Assembly (NCBI GenBank): GCA_964651495.1
Contig: CAZYWP010000002.1
Coordinates: forward strand, 13,035-77,034
Length of the DNA: 64,000 nucleotides
Reading direction: 5' to 3'
From: an uncultured Eubacteriales bacterium
GTDB taxonomy: Bacteria > Acidobacteriota > Aminicenantia > Aminicenantales > UBA8522
A model generated the notes under the pieces. The model was not told where the DNA came from. It worked only from the letters and a program-made list of their open reading frames with translations, and ran no database searches. The stretch's first letter is position 1; each line of letters begins with the position of its first letter. Shown piece by piece: positions 1 to 9,012 of the stretch. The position numbers and the translations under genes are program-made.

Positions 1-1547
1 CGCTGACCTCGCCCCAGCTCTGGGTCGGCCGGATGCGCCGGGACGCTGCCGATGCCCTGGCCTACGGTTGCGCCGGGCTGCTCGGTATCCACTGGCGGAC
101 GCGTATCCTCGGGCCGAACATTTCGGCCCTGGCTCAGGCAGGCTGGGACCAAACACCGTGGGCCCGGCCGGCCTCCGCTGTTTCCGGGGCCGAGGGCCCG
201 GTCAACGGCGTCTATGTCTCTTTTCCCGACAGCCCGATAGCCGGGACATTAGAACCGGCTGTCTATCGCGATTACCGGGACCGGGTTTTCGGCTATCGCA
301 TCACGCTCCCCAACGGTGCCTATGACCTGACCCTGCAGTTCTGTGAGGGAGAATTTAAAGAAAAGGGCCGGCGGGTCTTTGATATCTCGATCCAGGGAGA
401 AAAAAAGCGGGAAAAAGTGGATATCTTCGCCGCCGTCGGCGCCCGCCGTGCGCTGGATATTGAATTCAGGAATATCAACGTTTCAGACGGCCGCCTGGAC
501 ATCGAGTTCGCCGACCGCATCCATTATCCCGCCATCGCCGGAATCATCATCAGGGGGGAAAAACTGGCCAAAAAAATCAACTGCGGCGGCCCCGCCTGCG
601 GAGACTACGAATCCGACTGGCCGGAAACTTCCCGCTTTGCCCCCACGCTCGACTTCTATGAAGACTGGGCGGCGGCGCATTTCGGCCCGGAGAAGGGTCC
701 GCAAATCGCCGCGCTGTTTGCCACGATCGACGGCCGTCTCCCCCAGCCGAATGTCTGGACCGGCCCGGGAGGAATCAAGCCGGACCCGCGGCCCTGGGGG
801 GAGGTAAGAAAAGAATACGGTTTTGTCGACGAGCTGGCCGCGCTGCGGCCGCAAGTGGTAGGGAAAGGGAACCTGGCGCGTTTCGACTACTGGCTGCACA
901 GCTTCGTCACCCTGCGCGAGATGGCCCATCTCGAGTGTCTCTGGGCCGAATACAACACGGCCGCGGAGACCGTTAAAGGGAGGCCCGATGAAAAATCGCG
1001 TCCGGCGCTGGCGGAGGCGAAACTGCTCCCCCTCCGGGAACAGATGGTGTCAACGCTCAAGACCCTGTATGATTCGCTCCTGGCCACCGTCAGCACGCCC
1101 GGCGAACTCGGCACCATCATGAACTGGGAACAGCACCTCGTTCCGTCCGTCATCATCAGGCCGGGCGAGGAGCTGCGAAAAATCCTTGGGCAGGAGCTCC
1201 CCGACTCAGCCAAGCTCCCGCGAACCTACCAGGGCGCGCCCCGGATCATCGTCCCCGCGGCGCGAACGTTGTTGGCCTCAGGCGAGTCTCTTCAGCTCAA
1301 GGTGATCATTCTGTCCGCAGAGCCCCCCCTCGATGCCGCACTCTGCTGGCGGGAGCTGGGCCGGGGAGAGTTTACCGTGGTCCCGCTCGAAAAAATGGGG
1401 CGGGGAGTCTATAAAGTGAGCTGTCCCGAGACGACCGGAGATTTGGAGTATTACGTCCGGGCCCGGTTCGCCGGGAAAGAAGCCTTCTTCCCGGCGACCG
1501 CCCCCCTGCTCAATCAGACCGCAGTCAGATGTCTTCCGGGCTCTTAA
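1..1547 (+). CDS. Malectin-domain protein, 5'-partial. The reading frame is open to the window edge; probably a secreted carbohydrate-active protein.
   Basis: The 33..1547 ORF has no stop between position 3 and 33, so the gene starts upstream of the window. The central region (GYRITLPNGAYDLTLQFCEGEF...VFDISIQGE...DIEFA) looks like a malectin / carbohydrate-binding domain, from my memory of that family. Confidence 0.55.
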   Translation, partial: LTSPQLWVGRMRRDAADALAYGCAGLLGIHWRTRILGPNISALAQAGWDQTPWARPASAVSGAEGPVNGVYVSFPDSPIAGTLEPAVYRDYRDRVFGYRITLPNGAYDLTLQFCEGEFKEKGRRVFDISIQGEKKREKVDIFAAVGARRALDIEFRNINVSDGRLDIEFADRIHYPAIAGIIIRGEKLAKKINCGGPACGDYESDWPETSRFAPTLDFYEDWAAAHFGPEKGPQIAALFATIDGRLPQPNVWTGPGGIKPDPRPWGEVRKEYGFVDELAALRPQVVGKGNLARFDYWLHSFVTLREMAHLECLWAEYNTAAETVKGRPDEKSRPALAEAKLLPLREQMVSTLKTLYDSLLATVSTPGELGTIMNWEQHLVPSVIIRPGEELRKILGQELPDSAKLPRTYQGAPRIIVPAARTLLASGESLQLKVIILSAEPPLDAALCWRELGRGEFTVVPLEKMGRGVYKVSCPETTGDLEYYVRARFAGKEAFFPATAPLLNQTAVRCLPGS

Positions 1548-2266
1548 TACAGGCCGGCCAAAACGAGGTCGGCGTGAAAGAGCTCCCGCGTCTTTTTACG
1601 GACTTTGGCGTCGACCGTGTCTTTGATGTTGATATAGAACCAGAAGCGGTCAAACAGCCGCAGTTTTTTTATGTAATAATCGGCGTAGGTCGTTCGACTG
1701 TCAATCAGGATCTTGCCGATTTCTTTCCCCTTTTCATCGGTGAGGACGATGGATTTCCCGTTCTCCAGCTGGCCGTATACTCTGCCCTTGCCCTTGCCCT
1801 CCCATTCATCGGCTTTGTCGATTTTCGTGATCTTTAAAGCCTGATATGCGTCTCGTTCCTTCGCGGCCAGGTGATCTTCCAGGGCTACGTCAGCCGTCCT
1901 GCTAAAGACACTCCTGTACTGTCCTCCCTCTTTGATCTCGATGCTGTCGGCGACGAAGACCGACGGGTCGTCCTTGAGGAGGGCGCCCCTGACTCTGATG
2001 TCCTTTCCGACCAGAGTGCTGGCATCCTGTCCCTCGATCGTTCCCTGGACGATCACGTCAAACCCCTTGGCCGAGGGCAGGTAAAAATATTTGCCCAGGC
2101 CCATTTTCACCGTTCCCTCGAACTCGGTCAGCCCGCCGGCAGCGGCAGGCTTTTCCTGCGCGGCCTGCGGCTGAGCTTCCTGGGCAACGGAAGTCCCAAC
2201 CATAGCCACCGCGAGGAGCAACACGCTGAGAAGGATCAATCGGTTGAATTTTTTTTGGCGCGTCAT
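1544..2266 (-). CDS. Secreted hypothetical protein.
   Basis: ATG at 2266 is preceded by GGAGGTAAG. The product starts MTRQKKFNRLILLSVLLLAVAMVG, a signal peptide. The listed ORF start at 2281 is a TTG extension. I recognise no domain. Confidence 0.5.
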   Translation of the reverse strand: MTRQKKFNRLILLSVLLLAVAMVGTSVAQEAQPQAAQEKPAAAGGLTEFEGTVKMGLGKYFYLPSAKGFDVIVQGTIEGQDASTLVGKDIRVRGALLKDDPSVFVADSIEIKEGGQYRSVFSRTADVALEDHLAAKERDAYQALKITKIDKADEWEGKGKGRVYGQLENGKSIVLTDEKGKEIGKILIDSRTTYADYYIKKLRLFDRFWFYINIKDTVDAKVRKKTRELFHADLVLAGLY

Positions 2267-2399
2267 CGGTCTTACCTCCAAACTTTAGTCAGACCCGGAG
2301 TCATCAAATGCAGCAAAATCAGGCCCCATTTATACCACTGAAAAAAAGAAAAGTAAAGCGCAAACTGATCAGATCACGGAAACGCTGAGGCAGGGAGGT

Positions 2400-4607
2400 T
2401 CAGTTGTTTTTTCTGGTAACCCGTCCGGAGGAAGATGAGCCGCGGGAGGGCGAGCTGGAACGGGATGGGGAGCTGGAGCGGGACGGCGAAGAACCCGACC
2501 TGGAGCCGGAAGAAAAGCTCGGAGTCGACCGGGTGGAGGAAGGCCGGGAAAAGCTGGGGCTGCTGGAGGGAGAAGAAGAGCGGGGCGCGGAAAAGATTGA
2601 CCGCGGCGGCGAGGAGAAAGAGCTGCCGCGGGACGAGGAGGATTCGTTCCGAGGCGAAGAGGGCCGAGTGAAGGTCCAGGGGCTGTCATGATAGTCGGAA
2701 CGCGTTTGCCGGCTGGGGCTGGAGGAACCCCACTCTTTGATTCGGCTGGAACCAGGAGCGGGGAGACTGCTTCGGGGGCTCCGGGCCGTGCTCGACCCGG
2801 AGCTTGTCCCGAACCTGGAGAGGCTGGAGTTAGGAGTATAAACCCGGGAGCTCTCTTTCCTGGCCGACGACGGCCGTCTCTCAGCCGAGGAAGATACTGT
2901 TTCCCGAGGGCTCCGGGCCGGGCTCGAAGTGGAGTTCGTCCCAGACCTGGAGAGGCTGGAATTTGGAGAATAAACCCGTTGGCTCCTTTCTCTTGCCGAC
3001 GACGGTCGTCTTTCAGCCGAGGAGGATGACTTCGGCGAAGGAGAAAATGATTTTACTCCCGAACTGGTGGACGGAGAACCGGATGGGGTGACCCGGTCCG
3101 GAGAAAAGCTCTCCGACCGGATCTTGCGCGGTGAAGAGGAACCCGTGTTCTGGGGACTCCGAGCCGGGCGGCCCTCCCCTTCTAAAGAAGGAGAAGACGA
3201 CACGCTCCGCCCGCTTCCCAGGCTTCCCGGGGAGGCCCTCCGGTTCGTGGTGATGCCGCCGGAATTCGGTGTCTTGTCTTCCCTTTCTGCCTGCGGGCTG
3301 CGGTTGATCCGGGACGGCGAATCTCCGCCGGCAGCGACCGGGCTTCTCCCGAACTGCCTGACCTGAGACTGGGGGGAGAGACGCGTGGGCGAGACATTCT
3401 GCAACCCTGCCCGGTTGATTGTGGGCTTGATGTCCGGCTGTCTGGACTGAAGAGTGATCTGGCCGAGACGCGTGGCTTCGCCGCGGCTCAAGGCGACGTG
3501 AGAGATGTTCGGGTTCTGGAGCTGGTTCCTGTGCACGACAGTCAGCGCCCTGGACCCGCCGGGATAATAAGGGCTGTGGTAACGGTCATAGAAGTAGTTG
3601 TTGAGGATGACCACGGGCCGGTCGTACCAGCTCAGCGGACTCCAGCCGACATAATCATATCCCGAGTACCAGTGGACCCACGCGGGTCCCCAGTGGGATT
3701 GAGGAATCCAGTACCAGCCCAGGCCCAGTCTCCAGTGCCAGCGGCCGTAATGATAAGTGCACCAGCCCCAGGGCTCATAGGAAACCCAGTTCCAGCCGCA
3801 ATCAGGATACCAGAGCCAGCGCCCGTAATGGTACGGCCTCCAGTCATTGTAATAGACATGGGGAACCCAGACATATCCGAACGGCCTCTCGTAGGCCCAG
3901 TTGCCGTTGGAAGCCAGCTCGTATTCGTAGTCGTCGAGCTCCGCAGGAAGGTGCCGTTTCGACACATACTGATTGTACAGCGTGTCCCGGTCATCGTTCC
4001 AGCCGTCGAAGTCATCGCGGCCGTAAGAAATCGTCCCCTGCGTGCCCAAATGCCCGTTGGAAGCCATTAGGCTCTCCCGGCCGGAGATGAGCTGGGAACC
4101 GGTCTCGCCGGCGGCTTCAACCGATCCCTCCAGGACCATCAGCTCGGTCTCGCGGTTTTCTCGGACATCGAACCGGAAGAGGCCTTCCTCCAGAATGTAG
4201 AAGGAAGCGTCGGGGGTGTGGACTTCAAAGGTTTTTTCCTCCTCCAGGAAATTCACCCGGAGATAGACGCTCCCGGCCAAGAGATGAAGCCTCGTCCGGT
4301 CGTCCCCGCGGCGGGGCAGGTTGGAGAATTCCACCTCGCTGCCCCGGTCCAGCCGGAGGTAGTTTTTTCTGCCGAGACTGACTTCGGCCCGGCCGTCGGC
4401 GGTAGTCAGCTTGTCGCCCTCGATCAGGGCGAGGTTGACCACGCCTTCCTCAGACCCGAGGTCGGCCGCCCGCTGAACGACGACACTGCCCTTGACATAA
4501 CTCAAACGCGCGTAGCTGTAGCTGTAATATTCTTCGCTTTGAGCGGCCAGGATGTGTGGCCAGAAGAAAAAACCCAGGGCCATCAAACACATGGCTGTTT
4601 TTCTCAT
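2400..4607 (-). CDS. Secreted FecR-domain protein with a Trp/Tyr-rich [YW]xxGxW-type repeat region and a roughly 330-aa Ser/Pro/Arg-rich low-complexity C-terminal tail.
   Basis: ATG at 4607 follows a GGAGAA ribosome-binding site. The N-terminus MRKTAMCLMALGFFFWPHILAAQ is a signal peptide, with no transmembrane anchor. A FecR-like segment follows (YVKGSVVVQRA...EGDKLTTADGRAEVSL...LRLDRGSEVEF). The aromatic region reads YHYGRWLWYPDCGWNWVSYEPWGWCTYHYGRWHW. The tail contains 44-aa tandem repeats. Confidence 0.65.
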   Translation of the reverse strand: MRKTAMCLMALGFFFWPHILAAQSEEYYSYSYARLSYVKGSVVVQRAADLGSEEGVVNLALIEGDKLTTADGRAEVSLGRKNYLRLDRGSEVEFSNLPRRGDDRTRLHLLAGSVYLRVNFLEEEKTFEVHTPDASFYILEEGLFRFDVRENRETELMVLEGSVEAAGETGSQLISGRESLMASNGHLGTQGTISYGRDDFDGWNDDRDTLYNQYVSKRHLPAELDDYEYELASNGNWAYERPFGYVWVPHVYYNDWRPYHYGRWLWYPDCGWNWVSYEPWGWCTYHYGRWHWRLGLGWYWIPQSHWGPAWVHWYSGYDYVGWSPLSWYDRPVVILNNYFYDRYHSPYYPGGSRALTVVHRNQLQNPNISHVALSRGEATRLGQITLQSRQPDIKPTINRAGLQNVSPTRLSPQSQVRQFGRSPVAAGGDSPSRINRSPQAEREDKTPNSGGITTNRRASPGSLGSGRSVSSSPSLEGEGRPARSPQNTGSSSPRKIRSESFSPDRVTPSGSPSTSSGVKSFSPSPKSSSSAERRPSSARERSQRVYSPNSSLSRSGTNSTSSPARSPRETVSSSAERRPSSARKESSRVYTPNSSLSRFGTSSGSSTARSPRSSLPAPGSSRIKEWGSSSPSRQTRSDYHDSPWTFTRPSSPRNESSSSRGSSFSSPPRSIFSAPRSSSPSSSPSFSRPSSTRSTPSFSSGSRSGSSPSRSSSPSRSSSPSRGSSSSGRVTRKNN
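2776..3039. repeat. Intragenic tandem repeat, 2 x 132 bp (44 codons), inside the Ser/Arg-rich tail of the FecR-like gene.
   Basis: Two adjacent 132-bp units begin at about 2776 and about 2908: gggctccgggccgtgctcgacccggagcttgtcccgaacctggagaggctgga... and gggctccgggccgggctcgaagtggagttcgtcccagacctggagaggctgga.... They encode SSAERRPSSARE(R/K)SQRVY(S/T)PNSSLSR.GT.S.SS.ARSPR. Confidence 0.7.
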
Positions 4608-4690
4608 CTTCGTTCTCCTACTCAATACTTCTTATAGCAAGCTACGTGCCATTCATTTCCCCTGGAAAAAGCCTGAATTCTGCCTTTGAC

Positions 4691-4708
4691 TGTCCTGGAT
4701 TCAGGACA
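4691..4708. promoter_or_regulatory. Palindrome TGTCCTG-GATT-CAGGACA in the FecR-like upstream region; candidate operator.
   Basis: A 7-4-7 inverted repeat read directly from the sequence, about 85-100 nt upstream of the FecR-like start at 4607. Confidence 0.3.
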
Positions 4709-4757
4709 ACTGACAGCCCAGACGGTCAATTCTCTTGAAATAGACATTCCGGAGGGC

Positions 4758-4787
4758 AAAAAAAAGGGGGCTGAAGGCTCAGCCCCC
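4758..4787 (-). terminator. Intrinsic terminator for the CpxP-like gene.
   Basis: On the minus strand, GGGGGCTGAG-CCT-TCAGCCCCC is followed by TTTTTTTT, located 26 nt after the gene ending at 4813. Confidence 0.6.
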
Positions 4788-4812
4788 TCGACAGTGCAGT
4801 CGGGTTATTGTC

Positions 4813-5349
4813 TTACCAGCGCCGCCATCTCTGCATCGGGATGCCGAGGCGCGGCCTCAGACCCCGGCCAGGCCCCCAGCCCGGGCGAAAGCCTCGTCTC
4901 ATGAACCGGCCGGACATCATGCCCCGGCCCTGTCCCAGCGGGCCCCTCCGCCCCATTCGCGTCCTGACGTTCTGCAGTTTTTCTAACTGCTCCGGAGTGA
5001 AAATCTTTTTCATGTCTAACGATCTTTTGAGCTCGCTCTTCATCCGGGATGCTCTGAGCCGGCTCATCTCATCGATCAGGCCGTCGATTTGCTTTTCCTT
5101 GGCCGAGGGGTCTTTCATCAATTCCCGCAGGTCCGTCCGCAGCTTCCTCGTCTGTTCGGCAAAGGCTTTCCTTTCCTCCTGCCTTGCTTTCCGGAATTCC
5201 TGGAGCTTGGTTTTTTGCTCGGGATCCAGGTTCAGCCAGCCTTCGCGCGTCCCGGGGCGCTTGTCCGGCTGGCTATACAGAGCAGGGGAAAAAAGAGCAA
5301 AGAGAAAAAACAGGGCCGTCAATCCGATGAAAACCGAAGTGCGTTTCAT
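4813..5349 (-). CDS. Spy/CpxP-family periplasmic protein (LTXXQ-motif envelope stress chaperone-like).
   Basis: AGGAGG ribosome-binding site and ATG at 5349. Signal peptide MKRTSVFIGLTALFFLFALFSPALYSQ. The charged helical body carries LTxxQ-like spacing (KLQEFRKARQEERK..., TPEQLEKLQNVRTRM), which fits the Spy/CpxP/ZraP family. Confidence 0.65.
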   Translation of the reverse strand: MKRTSVFIGLTALFFLFALFSPALYSQPDKRPGTREGWLNLDPEQKTKLQEFRKARQEERKAFAEQTRKLRTDLRELMKDPSAKEKQIDGLIDEMSRLRASRMKSELKRSLDMKKIFTPEQLEKLQNVRTRMGRRGPLGQGRGMMSGRFMRRGFRPGWGPGRGLRPRLGIPMQRWRRW

Positions 5350-5433
5350 ATCGAACCTCCTGAAACTCGATCTTTCAACATTTTAGACAACCCGCCGGAA
5401 AAAACCTTGGCGCCGGCCTAAAAACAGCGCGGC

Positions 5434-6492
5434 TCAGACCTCCCAGGCCTCCAGGCCGGAAAAAGAGAGGGAGGCCGGCAGCGGCCGAATGCCTTTGCCC
5501 AGAGCGATGATCTCCTGGAGCATCCTTCTTTTGAGGCTGTCGTCCCGGTTCGCCAGAATGGTCAATGATCCACCCCGGCCGCCGGCCCCGTTGACCTTCC
5601 AGCCTGAGGCCTTATGCTTCGCGGCGACAGCGATGACCGCATCCGCATCGGGGGAGACCAGCTCGGGATGGAGCGCTCTCTGGCACTCGTTGTTTTCCGC
5701 CATCCTCCGGCCGAAGGATTCCAGGTCGCCGTCCAGAAGCTCAGCCTTGGCCTCGGCCGGAAGATGTTTCATCCTTTCGAGAGTGTGCCACTCCGGCCCT
5801 CCCCTCTCCAGCCGCTCGATCACGCGTTCGTGGATGGCCGAGGACAGATGGGGCCTCCCCAGGTAGATTAGGCACAACCGCCGGTCGAACTCCTCGAAGA
5901 TCCTTCGCTCGAGGACGATCTTCTCCACCCGGGCCTGAGGATAGCGATACATATGGATGAAGCAGATTCCCCCGTAGGCGGCGCAGATCTGGTCCTGGAT
6001 GCCGCTCTGCTGCTTCAGGTCTTCGGTCTCCACGCGGTGCGCCAGGGAGACGATTTCCCTGAGAGTGAGCTCTTTCTTCTCGATCAGGCTCAGCGCTCCG
6101 AGAAGGGCCACGCAGACGGCCGCCGATGTCCCGGTCGAAATGCCGGCTGGAACGGGAGAGTACAGGTTGACCTCCAGCTTAACATGATCGGGGGGCGGGA
6201 GCCTCGAGATGATAGACTGAATAAAAGGATGCGGCGCCGCAGACGGTTTTTCCGGGTGCACCCAGAAGCTCTCGCCGTAGTTTTCGGTGTGGACGAGAAC
6301 GCGCCGCCTCCTCCTTTCCTTGTTCTCGAAGACCTTGACCTGGACTTCGATGGGCGGGACCACGGCCATGTTGAGAACCCAGCCCTCCTTGGCAAACCAG
6401 GTGTCGGTCCAGCCCCCGATATCGTTGATCCGGAGGGGCGCGCGGGCGTGAATCAACCTGGGAAAAGCGTCGTTTCTTCGGCGCGGCTTCAT
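5434..6492 (-). CDS. GHMP-family sugar kinase, HddA/fucokinase-like sugar-1-kinase subfamily.
   Basis: PLRINDIGGWTDT matches the PxRIxxxGGxTD motif I of that subfamily, and GISTGTSAAV matches motif II. A Gly-rich C-terminal motif GWKVNGAGGRGGSLTIL is present. The start lies 7 nt downstream of the ABC permease stop, so the genes are co-operonic. Confidence 0.7.
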   Translation of the reverse strand: MKPRRRNDAFPRLIHARAPLRINDIGGWTDTWFAKEGWVLNMAVVPPIEVQVKVFENKERRRRRVLVHTENYGESFWVHPEKPSAAPHPFIQSIISRLPPPDHVKLEVNLYSPVPAGISTGTSAAVCVALLGALSLIEKKELTLREIVSLAHRVETEDLKQQSGIQDQICAAYGGICFIHMYRYPQARVEKIVLERRIFEEFDRRLCLIYLGRPHLSSAIHERVIERLERGGPEWHTLERMKHLPAEAKAELLDGDLESFGRRMAENNECQRALHPELVSPDADAVIAVAAKHKASGWKVNGAGGRGGSLTILANRDDSLKRRMLQEIIALGKGIRPLPASLSFSGLEAWEV

Positions 6493-6499
6493 CGTCTTT

Positions 6500-7480
6500 T
6501 CAGGAATCGCGCCGGTAGCGAATCTGGTCCAGGCTCACGGCAACGACGATGATCACTCCGATGATAATTTCCTGGATATAGTTCGGCCAGCCCATCATGG
6601 TGCAGCCGTTCCGGAGAAAGGACATGATGAAGACGCCGATCATCGAGCCCAGAATGCTTCCCTGCCCGCCGCTCAGGCTTCCGCCGCCGATCACAACTGC
6701 GGCGATGATATCGAGCTCGAGCCCCACAGCCACGGTCGGATCGCCGACGGTCAGTCGCGAAAACTGCATCACCCCGCTCATCCCGCAGAAAAGACCGGCC
6801 AGGGAATAGATGACGATTTTGGTCCCGCTCGTCCGGATGCCGCAGAGCCGGGCGGTGGCCTCGCTGGAGCCGATGGCAAAGACATGCCGGCCAAAAACCG
6901 TGTAGCGCAGGATGACGGCCATGACGACGGCGAGCAGGATCATCAGCCAGACTCCCGGCGCCATCAGCAGCCAGGACGGCCTTGGACTCCGGGCCATCAG
7001 CTCGTTGACCCAGGTGATCGGGGCATCGATCTTCTGGTTCCCGGCCATCCACTTGGCCACTCCCCTGGCAATGCCCAGCATGCCCAGGGTGACGATAAAC
7101 GGAACCAGCCGGAGCCGGGTGATCAGAGTGCCGTTGATCAAACCGATCAGGCCGCCGGTGGCGATGCCCGCGAAAATGCCCAGCCAAAGGGGCAGGCCGG
7201 CTTCGATGATGTAGGCGATGACACAGCTCGAGAGGGCGATGTTCGAGGCCGCGGAGAGGTCGATCCCGCCGGAGATAATGACGAAGGTCATGCCCAAAGC
7301 GCCCAGGGCCACGATCACCGACTGCGTCGCCACGCTCATCAAATTGCCGGGCCGGATAAAGCGGTCCTGGACCTGCGGAAGCAGAGAAAAAATGGCGATG
7401 ACCAGAAGAAGCCCGATGAACGGCCCCAAGAAATTGACCAGCAGTCGGATTCTGTTCGTCCGCCCCAACCCTTTAGGCAT
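6500..7480 (-). CDS. Sugar ABC transporter permease (RbsC/XylH-like).
   Basis: ATG at 7480 is 4 nt after the ATPase stop. The listed ORF start at 7759 is an in-frame extension running through the ATPase gene. The protein has about 9 transmembrane segments and motifs typical of this permease family (LGMTFVIISGGIDLS, FGRHVFAIGSSEATARLCGI). Confidence 0.8.
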   Translation of the reverse strand: MPKGLGRTNRIRLLVNFLGPFIGLLLVIAIFSLLPQVQDRFIRPGNLMSVATQSVIVALGALGMTFVIISGGIDLSAASNIALSSCVIAYIIEAGLPLWLGIFAGIATGGLIGLINGTLITRLRLVPFIVTLGMLGIARGVAKWMAGNQKIDAPITWVNELMARSPRPSWLLMAPGVWLMILLAVVMAVILRYTVFGRHVFAIGSSEATARLCGIRTSGTKIVIYSLAGLFCGMSGVMQFSRLTVGDPTVAVGLELDIIAAVVIGGGSLSGGQGSILGSMIGVFIMSFLRNGCTMMGWPNYIQEIIIGVIIVVAVSLDQIRYRRDS

Positions 7481-9011
7481 ATGTTTCTCCCTCTTCAGAC
7501 GACCCGGCCGCCCGCCCCGTCGTCGCGGCCGCCAGAAGGCTTTCTTCGCTCCAGTCTGTTGCCGGCCGCGCCTCCAGCATCTGGCCGCGGTGGAACACGG
7601 CGATCCGGTCGCAGACTCCGAGCAGCTCGGGAAAGTAGGAGCTGACAAAGAGGATGGCCTTGCCCCGCGCCGCCGACTCTCCCATCCATTCATAGATCTG
7701 CGACTTGCTGACGATGTCGATCCCGCGGGTGGGCTCATCCAGGAGGAGGACATCGGCATTCTGGTGCAGAAGGCGGGCCAGAGCCACCTTCTGCTGGTTT
7801 CCGCCGGAGAGCCCCAGGACCGGCTGAGCCGGCCCCTGCGCCTTGATCTTCATTTTCCGGATCCACTCCCAGCCGGCTTTTCTTTGCCTTTTGACCCGAA
7901 GAAGCCCCCAGCGCACATAGGGCGAAAAAAAACTCAGCGTGAGGTTATCGACCAGGGACTGGCTCAGGGCCAGCCCCTCGCTCTGCCGGTCTTCGCTCAA
8001 GAAGCCGATGCCTTTTCTGATCCGCTGGCGCGCGCCTCCCTTGAGGACTTCGGCGCCGGCCCGGACCGTCCCGCCCGAGATTGTATCCAGGCCGAAAACG
8101 GTCCGGAGGAACTCGGTCCGGCCCGAGCCCACCAGGCCGGCCAGGCCGAGGATCTCGCCCCGCCTCAGCTCGAGGTCGACGTCCGCCAGCATCTTCTTCC
8201 CTTTGAGCCCGGAGGCTTGCAGGGCGGGCGCGCCCAACGAATGGACATGGCGGGGGAACAGTTCTTTGACCTCGCCGCCGACCATCATCCGGATGATCTG
8301 GTCGAGAGACGCGTCCTCCATTCGTCCGCAGCCGACCTTCTTCCCGTCCCGCAGGATCGTGTAGCGCTCCGCCACTTGCCGGACCTCTTCCAGAAAATGG
8401 CTGATGTAGATGATCCCGACTCCCTGGGACTTGAGGTTCCGGATGATCTCGAAGAGTCGCAGGCTGTCTTCTCCGGAAATAGAGCTGGTCGGCTCGTCCA
8501 TCACCAGGATCCTGGCCTCCTCCATCAGGGCGCGGGCGATTTCGACGATCTGCCGCGCCGCCACGCTCAGGCGTTTGACCGGAATATCCGGCGCTATCTC
8601 GGGATGATGGACCCGTTCCAGAGTCTGGCGGACTTTCTCCCGCATCCGGCGCCGCCTCAGGAATCCCCGGCTGTGCCATTCGCGGCCGAGCATGATGTTT
8701 TCCTCGACGGTCAGGTGGGGGGCCAGGTTGAGCTCCTGGTAGATTACGGAAATCCCCGTGCGCCGGCTTTCCAGCGGGCCGGCCGGAGCATACCGGTTTC
8801 CCTCGAGCCGCATGAGGCCGTGGTCCGGCTTGACGGCGCCGCTCAGGATCTTGATCAGAGTGCTCTTGCCGGCGCCGTTTTCCCCGAGCAGGGCATGGAC
8901 CTCCCCTCTCTCCAGGTCGAAATCAACTCCGTCGAGGGCGCAGGTCGCCCCGAAGTGCTTGCTGATTTTTTCCATCAGGAGAAGGGAGGGAGTCTGGTTC
9001 TGGGCAGTCAA
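7473..9011 (-). CDS. Sugar ABC transporter ATP-binding protein with tandem nucleotide-binding domains (RbsA/MglA/XylG-like).
   Basis: Two ABC cassettes: Walker A GENGAGKST and GLVGSGRT; signature LSVAARQIVEIARAL and LSGGNQQKVALARLL; Walker B ILVMDEPT and VLLLDEPT. Confidence 0.85.
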   Translation of the reverse strand: MTAQNQTPSLLLMEKISKHFGATCALDGVDFDLERGEVHALLGENGAGKSTLIKILSGAVKPDHGLMRLEGNRYAPAGPLESRRTGISVIYQELNLAPHLTVEENIMLGREWHSRGFLRRRRMREKVRQTLERVHHPEIAPDIPVKRLSVAARQIVEIARALMEEARILVMDEPTSSISGEDSLRLFEIIRNLKSQGVGIIYISHFLEEVRQVAERYTILRDGKKVGCGRMEDASLDQIIRMMVGGEVKELFPRHVHSLGAPALQASGLKGKKMLADVDLELRRGEILGLAGLVGSGRTEFLRTVFGLDTISGGTVRAGAEVLKGGARQRIRKGIGFLSEDRQSEGLALSQSLVDNLTLSFFSPYVRWGLLRVKRQRKAGWEWIRKMKIKAQGPAQPVLGLSGGNQQKVALARLLHQNADVLLLDEPTRGIDIVSKSQIYEWMGESAARGKAILFVSSYFPELLGVCDRIAVFHRGQMLEARPATDWSEESLLAAATTGRAAGSSEEGETYA

Positions 9012-9012
9012 T

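Noticed and set aside
3498-4070. Long antisense ORFs inside real genes. Examples are 3498..4070 (+) inside the FecR-like gene, 7218..9059 (+) opposite the ABC ATPase, 23658..25034 (-) opposite asnB, 39545..40606 (-), and 59697..61736 (-) opposite the GH2 gene.
   Set aside because: These are typical stop-poor antisense frames of a high-GC genome. Their products are low-complexity and Arg/Pro/Gly-rich, have no domains, and fully overlap well-supported genes on the other strand.
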